The notes below the pieces were generated by a model. The model saw only the letters and a list, made by a program, of their open reading frames with translations. It had not been told where the DNA came from and ran no database searches. Shown in pieces: positions 1 through 7,253 of a stretch of DNA of 13,134 nt. Source of the stretch: a virus (Duplodnaviria > Heunggongvirae > Uroviricota > Caudoviricetes). The stretch lies in the IMG/VR virus record IMGVR_UViG_2681813271_000010; one strand, written 5' to 3'. Within the stretch, counting starts at the first letter, position 1, and the number at the start of each line of letters is the position of its first letter. Both the position numbers and the translations under genes were made by a program.

Positions 1-405
1 TAGCTGGTCACATGCGCCTTTGATATCGCCCTGGTTTATTTTGCGAAGAAGCGTCGATGTTCTGAAATTGCCAGCGCCCACGTTGTAAACGAACGAGTAA
101 AGAGCGCCGCGCGTTGTTTCCGGTATATCGACTTTGATGTACGGGTTAATTTGTCTGGCGACAGTGGCAAGGTCTTTATTCAGGAGGGCTTTGCATTCTG
201 CTTCGGTATACGTTTTACCGAGCATGATGTCTTTTCCGGTGTGTCCGTGACATACAGTCCATACACCAATGATATCTTTGTATGGTATGTAGCTGACACC
301 TTCCAGACCATCGTTACCACCTGGGCCAGTGATTAACACAGATGCTATAGCAACAGCCCCGCCACCAATAGCAACTGCAACAGCCTTGCGTAATGATGGC
401 GACAT
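1..405 (-). CDS. R: SAR-type endolysin (phage 21 R-like lysozyme); C-terminal end lies outside the window
   Basis: Minus-strand ATG at 405-403 overlaps the holin stop (TAATG). Translation [57 protein letters not shown]... shows a Gly/Ala-rich hydrophobic N-terminus followed by E-x8-D-x5-T spacing typical of T4-lysozyme-fold endolysins. Frame is open to position 1. Confidence 0.85.
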   Translation of the reverse strand, partial: MSPSLRKAVAVAIGGGAVAIASVLITGPGGNDGLEGVSYIPYKDIIGVWTVCHGHTGKDIMLGKTYTEAECKALLNKDLATVARQINPYIKVDIPETTRGALYSFVYNVGAGNFRTSTLLRKINQGDIKGACDQL

Positions 406-620
406 TATTCACCTCTCGCAGCCTTACGCTTGTCTTCTCTTATTTTGAAATACAGATTTGTCAGATAAGTCAGAAGCCCCAGAAGCAGACTTCCCAGCAC
501 ACCAATCGCAGCCCACTGTGATGGACTGACCTGATCCAACCACTGCAAAAACCAGTAGCCGGCACTGCCGGCGGAGGTGCCGTAGGCAATGCCTGTTGAT
601 ATTTTTTCCATCTGATACAT
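405..620 (-). CDS. S: class II holin / pinholin (phage 21 S-like), dual-start motif
   Basis: 71-aa frame [71 protein letters not shown]: two hydrophobic segments and a charged C-terminus. Met1 and Met4 fit the holin/antiholin dual-start pattern. A G-rich tract precedes the ATG on the coding strand. The listed ORF 405-749 is only a read-through of the N-run. Confidence 0.85.
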   Translation of the reverse strand: MYQMEKISTGIAYGTSAGSAGYWFLQWLDQVSPSQWAAIGVLGSLLLGLLTYLTNLYFKIREDKRKAARGE

Positions 621-680
621 ATCCCGCCCCCCCCCCNNNNNNNNNNNNNNNNNNNNNNNNNNCAGACCTGTGCTATCGGA

Positions 681-714
681 AAGAAAAAAGGCCATCAGCA
701 AAACTCTGATGGCC
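681..714 (-). terminator. intrinsic terminator-like hairpin upstream of holin (tR'-like position)
   Basis: Stem GGCCATCAG (690-698) / CTGATGGCC (706-714) with a 7-nt loop; on the minus strand it is followed by a T-rich run (complement of A-run 681-689). Confidence 0.45.
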
Positions 715-1328
715 TGAATCACCTTTACCAATATTGTATGAAAAAACACGCACGACTAATTGACAATAATTTTCATTTCCATTAAAAAAGATCGCGTAGC
801 ATTCTTAATTCATGAGGAACTTTACCCGCCAGCAATCTGAGTAGCGAAAGCTGTTCATCCCCAATGTTTTTGCTGGCGGGTCCTTTTTTCTACGGTCCTC
901 CTCCCCGGAGGGGGGCATTTCATTATTTTTCTAATCGTTACTGGTGAGAAGGCGGAAGAAAAAGCCAGTTCTTCGCCCCTAAATAACAGCATGATTCCAG
1001 TCCATGCAAAATCTGATTTCCAGCTCACACATACCGAGCACTGTACAAAAAACCGCCAGCCAAGGCAGTTAAGAGTGTGTTCCCGGGGTTTGCTTAGAAT
1101 ATTTTGTAAGTTGTCCGAAGAGATATTTACAACACCAGAATGATGAATCATCAGTCCCCTGCCAGAGGTTCACTACGTAACCTGACCGACAATGCACCAT
1201 TCTGGTGCTGAAAAAAGAGCACTGGAACTGCAACAAAACAACATCACAGAACAGGAGATGGTAAGGAGTCAGACATTCCCACACAATATTGTGTCAGTGC
1301 AAATAACAACCTTCGTCTCAAATCTCGC

Positions 1329-1403
<75 letters not shown>

Positions 1404-1406
1404 ATA

Positions 1407-1482
<76 letters not shown>

Positions 1483-1484
1483 GC

Positions 1485-1561
1485 TGGCCCACCACCGAGG
1501 ACTCGAACCTCGCACCGTCAACTTAGAAGGTTGATGCTCTATCCGGATGAGCTAGTGGTGG
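1485..1561 (-). tRNA. tRNA-Arg (anticodon UCU, reads AGA)
   Basis: Minus-strand CCACCACTAGCTCATCCGGATAGAGCATCAACCTTCTAAGTTGACGGTGCGAGGTTCGAGTCCTCGGTGGTGGGCCA: acceptor CCACCAC/GTGGTGG (unusual C1-G72), D-stem GCTC/GAGC, anticodon stem TCAAC/GTTGA, loop CTTCTAA, CCA encoded. Confidence 0.8.
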
Positions 1562-1562
1562 T

Positions 1563-1639
1563 TGGTGGCCCTTGCTGGACTTGAACCAGCGACCTGGCGA
1601 TTATGAGTCGCTCGCTCTGACCAACTGAGCTAAAGGGCC
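1563..1639 (-). tRNA. tRNA with CAU anticodon, Ile2 (lysidine-type, ileX/ileZ-like) rather than Met
   Basis: Minus-strand GGCCCTTTAGCTCAGTTGGTCAGAGCGAGCGACTCATAATCGCCAGGTCGCTGGTTCAAGTCCAGCAAGGGCCACCA: acceptor with C4 and C5, anticodon loop CTCATAA, T-stem GCTGG/CCAGC. Closely resembles the E. coli ileX-type tRNA as I recall it. Confidence 0.8.
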
Positions 1640-1727
1640 GGAGGCAGAATAATAACCATATGTCATCACATCTGCAAACTCATCTGACCACCAGCACGTT
1701 TAACGTCCTGTGCCGTTTTTCAGGTAT

Positions 1728-1750
1728 AAAAAAACCCGCTCATCGGCGGG
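1728..1750 (-). terminator. intrinsic terminator (minus strand) between Q-like gene and tRNA cluster
   Basis: Stem CCCGC (1735-1739) / GCGGG (1746-1750) with 6-nt loop; A7 on plus (1728-1734) gives a U7 tail on the minus-strand transcript. Confidence 0.5.
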
Positions 1751-1846
1751 TTTAAGCTGTGTGGCGTAGTAACCACTCTTAACAGGATATTCAACTTTTT
1801 ACGATCNNNNNNNNNNNNNNNNNNNNNNNNNNNNNNNTTCAGGTAT

Positions 1847-1868
1847 AAAAAAACCCGCATAAAGCGGG
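1847..1868 (-). terminator. second intrinsic terminator (minus strand), near-copy of the 1728-1750 element
   Basis: Stem CCCGC (1854-1858) / GCGGG (1864-1868); A7 on plus (1847-1853) gives a U7 tail on minus. Shares the upstream TTCAGGTAT-A7-CCCGC context with the first terminator; a 31-N run (1807-1837) lies between them. Confidence 0.5.
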
Positions 1869-1947
1869 CTCTTTCAAATGTCCATGTCTGCTATTCGCCT
1901 CGCGGTACAGCTTTGCGAAGCGTACAAGAATTGAAGCAGTTTTTACG

Positions 1948-2502
1948 TCAAAAAGCAATAACTTTTTTCTCTATACCAAAAGCCATAACCATTGGTTTGT
2001 ACAAAATAAATTCTGCCACCTTTAGCCAATGCTCAATGCGTCTTTCACAGGTTCTTAAACTCCATTTCGGGTGTGCATCATTCAGCAGTTCAGCCATTTT
2101 GCGTTTGGTCATCCCCCGCCCCTCATACCGTTGCCGAAGGACGCTAATCAATCCTGGATGCTCTGCCAGCACCTCACTTATGACCCGATCAATACATAAC
2201 GCCTCTGCATCAGTACAATGCGCCAGCCAGCTCTTTTGCTTACCGTTAATCATATCCCGCAAAAAAGCCTCAAGTTCAGACTTGTTCAGACCTGCTTTTT
2301 TCATCCTCCGGAGCGCCTCGTTAATTGCCGTTTTTGTCAGCTTTTTAGAGGTCAACATCAGGTTAAACATATTCCCCGTCTTACCGCCACCAATATACGA
2401 CCAGCGCCCCCACATACGTAGTTTTCCCTGAATCCAGACACTTTCCAGCGTGGTGAGACGAAGGTGTTCTCCGCTTTTTCCTGTATTCGTTGGGTAAATC
2501 AT
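1948..2502 (-). CDS. putative late-gene antiterminator (Q-like, 184 aa); function assigned mainly by position
   Basis: ATG at 2502-2500 preceded by AAGGAGGG Shine-Dalgarno; ATGA overlap with the upstream gene in the intact copy at 5789-5792. Sits immediately upstream of two terminators, the tRNA cluster and the lysis cassette, which is the Q position in lambdoid phages. Family not recognised with certainty. Confidence 0.55.
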   Translation of the reverse strand: MIYPTNTGKSGEHLRLTTLESVWIQGKLRMWGRWSYIGGGKTGNMFNLMLTSKKLTKTAINEALRRMKKAGLNKSELEAFLRDMINGKQKSWLAHCTDAEALCIDRVISEVLAEHPGLISVLRQRYEGRGMTKRKMAELLNDAHPKWSLRTCERRIEHWLKVAEFILYKPMVMAFGIEKKVIAF

Positions 2503-2547
2503 AAATATCCCTCCTTTCTCCAGATTTCTTGTGTGCGAAAAACACCT
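2267..2547. repeat. 281-bp segment identical to 5557-5837, ending at an 11-N run
   Basis: Direct comparison of 2267-2547 with 5557-5837 shows an identical sequence (5' portion of the Q-like gene plus the last codons of the DUF1364-like gene). Copy 1 ends at the N-run 2548-2558; copy 2 begins right after the N-run 5546-5556. Confidence 0.85.
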
Positions 2548-2558
2548 NNNNNNNNNNN

Positions 2559-3008
2559 CGTGAACTCAACCTGACCGTGTTTATCGAAGTGGCTCAGTAA
2601 TGCGCATCCATCATTTTCGATAGATGTGTTTTGTGCCGCTGGTGGCTGTTTCTGGTTGAAATAACAGTCTTCCAGTTTTTCGAACACTTCCCACGCCTGA
2701 TCGGTTTCGAGCATTTTGGCGTGACGGGCTGCGCCACGTTCTGTCCAGAGGATGAGGGAGCGAACGTTACGGGCAATTTTCACAGAAACTCTTAAAGAGT
2801 TTTCGTTCTTCAACTCTCGTAACGCATCACCTTCTATCAGGAAAAAATGTTTACCTTCTATAAACCGTTCTTTGTTTCGATTGAAATTGTTTGTCAAACG
2901 CTGGCGCTCTGTTCCGTACAAATCAGCCAGCAGCTCTGTTGTCATGACAGGAAGATGGTTATGCGTAAGTGACGGGAGTTTTTCAATAGACGTGCGATTC
3001 ATAGACAT
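2559..3008 (-). CDS. ORF6N/antirepressor-like phage protein, 3' end truncated at N-run
   Basis: ATG at 3008-3006 with AAAGGA 6 nt upstream. Translation MSMNRTSIEKLPSLTHNHLPVMTTELLADLYGTERQRLTNNFNRNKERFIEGKHFFLIEGDALRELK... resembles ORF6N-domain antirepressor-type proteins (recalled, not searched). The frame runs into the N-run at 2548-2558, so the C-terminus is not visible. Confidence 0.5.
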
Positions 3009-3145
3009 GTCCTTTCGAATATTTTGATTTACCCCTTTTGAGAGGGTGACCGGGCGCTCAAAACCGTCGAAAGTCGGCGGGCGTATTTCCATTGCTGGTA
3101 TTGTATTAGCCGCACACCCGGTCATAAACCAAGAATTCTGGACAC

Positions 3146-3173
3146 AAAAAAACCACATGGCTATCGGGTGTGG
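3146..3173 (-). terminator. intrinsic terminator downstream of the Q (82/21-type) promoter region, tR'-like
   Basis: Minus-strand CCACACCCGATAGCCATGTGG followed by T7 (complement of A-run at 3146-3152). Confidence 0.5.
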
Positions 3174-3208
3174 ATACCGCTTTCGAGGTGTTTTGAGCAC
3201 CGCGGGGA

Positions 3209-3314
3209 AATGTAAACTGCAAACCTGAAACTGTCAACACCGTCAGGTTCCAATCCCGACGCCAGATTTTGCTGGCGCGTGAGGAATATAGCCCCGGACA
3301 ATGTGTCTGGTCAA
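3209..3314 (-). promoter_or_regulatory. two tandem sigma70-like promoters immediately downstream of Q (pR'-like)
   Basis: Minus strand: TTGACC (3314-3309), 18-bp spacer, TATATT (3290-3285); and TTGACA (3238-3233), 18-bp spacer, TACATT (3214-3209). Both fire toward the terminator at 3146-3173. Confidence 0.4.
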
Positions 3315-3318
3315 GCAC

Positions 3319-3911
3319 CTACATAATTCGTTCTACGTATCTGTCCATCTCCAGCCGGATATCAAGCATCATCAACATGCCATCAATAACCCNNNNNNNN
3401 NNNNNNNNNNNNNNNNNNNNNNNNNNNNNNNNNNNNNNNNNNNNNNNNNNNNNNNNNNNNNNNNNNNNNNNNNNNNNNNNNNNNNNNNNNNNNNNNNNNN
3501 NNNNNNNNNNNNNNNNNNNNNNNNNNNNNNNNNNNNNNNNNNNNNNNNNNNNNNNNNNNNNNNNNNNNNNNNNNNNNNNNNNNNNNNNNNNNNNNNNNNN
3601 NNNNNNNNNNNNNNNNNNNTGCCAATACAGGTATCCGAACACCCATGTTTCCGTGCCAGACTCATAAAAGTCATTCCACCTACGTAATAATCCACCAGCA
3701 AATCGTGCAAATCCTGATTTTTCTTGTTCAACCGGGCCATACAGCCACAAATTATCATTGCATCATCATCAGAACACTGAGGGCGTGATTTCACTTTCGA
3801 CGGAATTAACCCTTTAAAACCAGCAGCGATCGACGCCCAGGATACATCTTCATGAGTGTTTGCAGCCCAAGCCCCCCACCGTTCCATAACCTGCTGAATA
3901 TCACGCGCCAT
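3319..3911 (-). CDS. Q: antitermination protein Q (phage 82/21/933W type), interrupted by a 227-N run
   Basis: ATG at 3911-3909 overlapping the rusA-fragment stop (ATGGCGCGTGA). N-terminal [97 protein letters not shown]; after the N-run (3393-3619), in another frame, ...[23 protein letters not shown] then stop at 3321-3319. Both halves match the Q82/Q21 family as I recall it. Confidence 0.7.
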
Positions 3912-4122
3912 CGTTATCACCTGTGATTTCATAAATCTTCACGCCCAGTCGCCCACCAGGAACGAGCTGACCGCGCACAATATTGATTTCATCAAACTGC
4001 TCGTCGTCTATGAGTAGTCCGGCATGCGTCAGCGCATCCAGTGGTGCTTTCAGGATATTGTCCAGGTCACGACGGCGCTTATCCGGTGGCTCTGCAATAA
4101 TCTTTATCGCCAGCCTTCCGGA
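3901..4122 (-). pseudogene. rusA: rusA (Holliday junction resolvase) 3' fragment, cut by IS4
   Basis: Minus-strand frame from the IS4 left end reads [73 protein letters not shown], matching the C-terminal half of RusA (DRRRRDLDN motif). There is no start codon and the N-terminal half is absent. Confidence 0.75.
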
Positions 4123-4123
4123 C

Positions 4124-5549
4124 TAATGCCGATCAGTTAAGGATCAGTTGACCGATCCAGTGGCTGTGTAAGAATCCGGAAACGCTCACTTGTTTCCGGA
4201 TTTTTTTATGCACATTGGACAGGCTCTTGATCTGGTATCCCGTTACGATTCTCTGCGTAACCCACTGACTTCTCTGGGGGATTACCTCGACCCCGAACTC
4301 ATCTCTCGTTGCCTTGCCGAATCAGGTACTGTAACGCTACGCAAGCGCCGTCTTCCCCTCGAAATGATGGTCTGGTGTATTGTTGGCATGGCGCTTGAGC
4401 GTAAAGAACCTCTTCACCAGATTGTGAATCGCCTGGACATCATGCTGCCGGGCAATCGCCCCTTCGTTGCCCCCAGTGCCGTTATTCAGGCCCGCCAGCG
4501 CCTGGGAAGTGAGGCTGTCCGCCGCGTGTTCACGAAAACAGCGCAGCTCTGGCATAACGCCACGCCGCATCCGCACTGGTGCGGCCTGACCCTGCTGGCC
4601 ATCGATGGTGTGTTCTGGCGCACACCGGATACACCAGAGAACGATGCAGCCTTCCCCCGCCAGACACATGCCGGGAACCCGGCGCTCTACCCGCAGGTCA
4701 AAATGGTCTGCCAGATGGAACTGACCAGCCATCTGCTGACGGCTGCAGCCTTCGGCACGATGAAGAACAGCGAAAATGAGCTTGCTGAGCAACTTATAGA
4801 ACAAACCGGCGATAACACTCTGACGTTAATGGATAAAGGTTATTACTCACTGGGACTGTTAAATGCCTGGAGCCTGGCGGGAGAACACCGCCACTGGATG
4901 ATACCTCTCAGAAAGGGAGCGCAATATGAAGAGCTCAGAAAACTGGGTAAAGGCGATCATCTGGTGAAGCTGAAAACCAGCCCGCAGGCACGAAAAAAGT
5001 GGCCGGGACTGGGAAATGAAGTGACAGCCCGCCTGCTGACCGTGACGCGCAAAGGAAAAGTCTGCCATCTGCTGACGTCGATGACGGACGCCATGCGCTT
5101 CCCCGGAGGAGAAATGGCGGATCTGTACAGTCATCGCTGGGAAATCGAACTGGGATACAGGGAGATAAAACAGACGATGCAACTGAGCAGGCTGACGCTG
5201 AGAAGTAAAAAGCCGGAGCTTGTGGAGCAAGAGCTGTGGGGTGTCTTACTGGCTTATAATCTGGTGAGATATCAGATGATTAAAATGGCGGAACATCTGA
5301 AAGGTTACTGGCCGAATCAACTGAGTTTCTCAGAATCATGCGGAATGGTGATGAGAATGCTGATGACATTGCAGGGCGCTTCACCGGGACGTATACCGGA
5401 GCTGATGCGCGATCTTGCAAGTATGGGACAACTTGTGAAATTACCGACGAGAAGGGAAAGGGCCTTCCCGAGAGTGGTAAAGGAGAGGCCCTGGAAATAC
5501 CCCACAGCCCCGAAAAAGAGCCAGTCAGTTGCTTAACTGACTGGCNNNN
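4124..5549 (+). mobile_element. IS4 insertion sequence (about 1426 bp); last 4 bp of the right end hidden by N-run
   Basis: Left end TAATGCCGATCAGTTAAGG at 4124; right end ...CTTAACTGACTGGC at 5545 is its imperfect inverse, with the expected final ATTA falling under N 5546-5549. The length equals the IS4 size I recall. No target-site duplication is visible. Confidence 0.85.
4208..5536 (+). CDS. insG: IS4 transposase
   Basis: Translation [80 protein letters not shown]... (442 aa) is the IS4 transposase as I recall it. The ORF track begins 18 nt earlier at 4190 (MFPDFF), which is an alternative start. Confidence 0.9.
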   Translation: MHIGQALDLVSRYDSLRNPLTSLGDYLDPELISRCLAESGTVTLRKRRLPLEMMVWCIVGMALERKEPLHQIVNRLDIMLPGNRPFVAPSAVIQARQRLGSEAVRRVFTKTAQLWHNATPHPHWCGLTLLAIDGVFWRTPDTPENDAAFPRQTHAGNPALYPQVKMVCQMELTSHLLTAAAFGTMKNSENELAEQLIEQTGDNTLTLMDKGYYSLGLLNAWSLAGEHRHWMIPLRKGAQYEELRKLGKGDHLVKLKTSPQARKKWPGLGNEVTARLLTVTRKGKVCHLLTSMTDAMRFPGGEMADLYSHRWEIELGYREIKQTMQLSRLTLRSKKPELVEQELWGVLLAYNLVRYQMIKMAEHLKGYWPNQLSFSESCGMVMRMLMTLQGASPGRIPELMRDLASMGQLVKLPTRRERAFPRVVKERPWKYPTAPKKSQSVA

Positions 5550-5556
5550 NNNNNNN

Positions 5557-5792
5557 GCCTCAAGTTCAGACTTGTTCAGACCTGCTTTTTTCATCCTCCG
5601 GAGCGCCTCGTTAATTGCCGTTTTTGTCAGCTTTTTAGAGGTCAACATCAGGTTAAACATATTCCCCGTCTTACCGCCACCAATATACGACCAGCGCCCC
5701 CACATACGTAGTTTTCCCTGAATCCAGACACTTTCCAGCGTGGTGAGACGAAGGTGTTCTCCGCTTTTTCCTGTATTCGTTGGGTAAATCAT
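5557..5792 (-). pseudogene. 5' fragment of the Q-like gene (second copy), abutting the IS4 right end
   Basis: ATG at 5792-5790; encodes MIYPTNTGKSGEHLRL...LNKSELE, identical to the first 78 codons of 1948-2502, then runs into N-run/IS4. Lies inside the 281-bp repeat 5557-5837. Confidence 0.6.
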
Positions 5793-6079
5793 AAATATCC
5801 CTCCTTTCTCCAGATTTCTTGTGTGCGAAAAACACCTTCTGCATGCATCAGGCGTAATTCTTCTTTGGTGTAATCGCTGGTTTTTACCCGCCCGTCGATT
5901 AAATCGTGGCACGAGCTACAGGCAATCGCTGCCTGCATATCGTGTGGCTTTATCGCTGTTCCGCACGTTCCCGCCAGTCGGTAATGCGCCAGCACAGACG
6001 TTTCCGGATCGTGATTGCAGTAGCCAGGAATTCTGACGGTGCACATCTGCCCCCGCGCCGCTTTACGTAAATCCACCAT
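5789..6079 (-). CDS. Cys-rich nin-region phage protein (DUF1364-like, recalled)
   Basis: ATG at 6079-6077 overlaps the upstream stop (TAATG); stop overlaps the Q-like start (ATGA). MVDLRKAARGQMCTVRIPGYCNHDPETSVLAHYRLAGTCGTAIKPHDMQAAIACSSCHDLIDGRVKTSDYTKEELRLMHAEGVFRTQEIWRKEGYL has several Cys pairs. Confidence 0.65.
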   Translation of the reverse strand: MVDLRKAARGQMCTVRIPGYCNHDPETSVLAHYRLAGTCGTAIKPHDMQAAIACSSCHDLIDGRVKTSDYTKEELRLMHAEGVFRTQEIWRKEGYL

Positions 6080-6678
6080 TACGCAAACTCCAGCAGCTGC
6101 GCGGCCACATTTTCGACTTGTTCCGGAGAGGAAAATTTACGGAACAGAATCCAGTTCCACAGCACATTCAGAACAGATTTATAAACCTGCTGAAACTCGG
6201 TTTCGTCCATATTCGCAAACGCGATAGATTTCGCCCGACACCCACGGCTACCGTCCGGATAAAAATGCTCGGTGTAAAATCCGGCCTGAATGGCTACCCA
6301 CTCGCGGAAAGCCTCAAACGACTTTAGCAATGCCGTATCACTGGTTCTGCGTGTCGCAACTGTATTCAGATATTGCTCTGCGGCTTCGCTCAGAGCTGGC
6401 GTATGTTCCCGGCCTACTGATTCACACAGGTAATCAACGAAACCGGACACCAGTTTTCGTTCGCGAGGCGTGATCGCCCCACCGACCGGAGTCCAGTAAT
6501 CGAAACCCAGTTGCAGGAGTTTGAAAAAACGCTTGTGGAATGCGTAGTTACACACACGCTTAAAGTCTGCGTGTATCCACTCACCTATTTTGATTTGATG
6601 CAGAAAATCGCAACTCTCCGGCGTCGCCGGGAGAAGTAATCCGGAAGAGGTTTGTTTGACCAGTTGTATATGTGCCAT
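6079..6678 (-). CDS. nin-region phage protein (DUF1367-like, recalled), 199 aa
   Basis: ATG at 6678-6676 with GGAG 8 nt upstream (MAHIQLVKQTSSG...). The ORF-track start at 6720 is a TTG, so 6678 is preferred. Translationally coupled to the downstream gene. Confidence 0.6.
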   Translation of the reverse strand: MAHIQLVKQTSSGLLLPATPESCDFLHQIKIGEWIHADFKRVCNYAFHKRFFKLLQLGFDYWTPVGGAITPRERKLVSGFVDYLCESVGREHTPALSEAAEQYLNTVATRRTSDTALLKSFEAFREWVAIQAGFYTEHFYPDGSRGCRAKSIAFANMDETEFQQVYKSVLNVLWNWILFRKFSSPEQVENVAAQLLEFA

Positions 6679-6716
6679 CGGCTTTCTCCGGTGGCACGGT
6701 GTTACACAGCAGGAGT

Positions 6717-7004
6717 TCAATCCTGCTCAAGATTGTAGATGAGTTTATTCTTCAGCAAAAGCAGAAAACCAGCCTTAAAACCAATCTCTTTCAAAACCCG
6801 TAATGATGTGACAAATTCGTCCTCACGCAAAATAAAACCGTCCGTCAGAAGTCCATTACAAAAATAAAATAACACAGCACCGCTCTTCCTTTGTTGAGAT
6901 TGCAAACATCTAATGCGGCAATGGCTGACAATCGCTCCATTCTCAACGCGCACAGCATAGAGGCCATTTTCACTAAAAATTTCACGCAATTCTTCGATTT
7001 TCAT
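6717..7004 (-). CDS. hypothetical small phage protein (95 aa)
   Basis: ATG at 7004-7002 with GGAAGGA 7 nt upstream; MKIEELREIFSENGLYAVRVENGAIVSHCRIRC.... First gene of an apparent four-gene unit with the next three genes downstream. Confidence 0.55.
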   Translation of the reverse strand: MKIEELREIFSENGLYAVRVENGAIVSHCRIRCLQSQQRKSGAVLFYFCNGLLTDGFILREDEFVTSLRVLKEIGFKAGFLLLLKNKLIYNLEQD

Positions 7005-7085
7005 CTTCAGAATCCTTCCAGATAAATAGCTCTCCCCTGTTCGGGGTCCATCCCTCTTCTCCCTGCGCGCTACTTAAGTGAGTCG

Positions 7086-7113
7086 ATTCTATCTGCGAAG
7101 GTGCGCGAATCAA
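7086..7113 (-). promoter_or_regulatory. candidate sigma70 promoter for the 7004-5789 gene set
   Basis: Minus strand TTGATT (7113-7108), 16-bp spacer, TAGAAT (7091-7086), about 80 nt upstream of the ATG at 7004. Confidence 0.35.
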
Positions 7114-7133
7114 ATTCACCGGAAATAAACAAC

Positions 7134-7176
7134 AAAAAACCCGCCGAAACGCTGAGAGATCACAGCGATGGGCGGG
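7134..7176 (-). terminator. intrinsic terminator at the 3' end of the hok mRNA
   Basis: Stem CCCGCC (7140-7145) / GGCGGG (7171-7176) with a long loop; on the minus strand followed by a U-run (complement of A-run 7134-7139). Confidence 0.5.
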
Positions 7177-7253
7177 TTAAGTGCGGGTGCGTTGAGGATG
7201 CCTGACACATCAGAGGTGGGCGGGGATGGGATCAGCTCCCCGCCCGGTCACTC

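Noticed and set aside
151-336. ORF 151-336 (+)
   Set aside because: Antisense to the endolysin gene, whose frame carries the lysozyme catalytic motif.
796-890. A discrete plus-strand sRNA gene running from the TTGACA box at 760-765 to the hairpin at 825-889
   Set aside because: The -10 element at the expected spacing is TAAAAA (poor), so a defined transcript cannot be supported; kept only as a hypothesis in the findings.
621-1328. Shiga toxin (stxAB) or cold-shock gene between tRNAs and holin
   Set aside because: No ORF of suitable length or composition is present; the interval is too short for stxAB and has no Csp-like frame.
1913-2431. Plus-strand ORFs 1913-2431 and 2218-2421
   Set aside because: Antisense to the well-supported Q-like gene (strong Shine-Dalgarno, coupled start); translations are Ser/Arg-rich with no start context.
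2381-2776. ORFs 2381-2569 (-), 2594-2776 (-), 2752-3027 (+) and 3046-3228 (+)
   Set aside because: They read through the 2548-2558 N-run or lie antisense to the antirepressor-like gene and promoter region; no start signals.
3269-3750. ORFs 3269-3667 (+), 3301-3687 (+), 3383-3646 (-) and the 5' part of 3319-3750 (-)
   Set aside because: Most of their length is translation of the 227-N run (X residues); only the C-terminal 23 codons of 3319-3750 are real and belong to Q.
4337-5505. ORFs 4337-4804 (-), 4579-4779 (+), 4859-5230 (-), 5317-5505 (-) and 5338-5721 (+)
   Set aside because: They lie inside or antisense to the IS4 transposase gene, or read across the IS4 end and N-run; IS4 encodes a single transposase.
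5280-5912. ORF 5280-5912 (-) as a 210-aa protein
   Set aside because: It is a fusion artefact: the real Q-like 5' fragment (5557-5792) read through the N-run into IS4 antisense sequence, with an upstream extension into the DUF1364-like gene in another frame.
5821-6327. Plus-strand ORFs 5821-6036, 6039-6227 and 6118-6327
   Set aside because: Antisense to the tightly coupled DUF1364-like and DUF1367-like genes; no start context.
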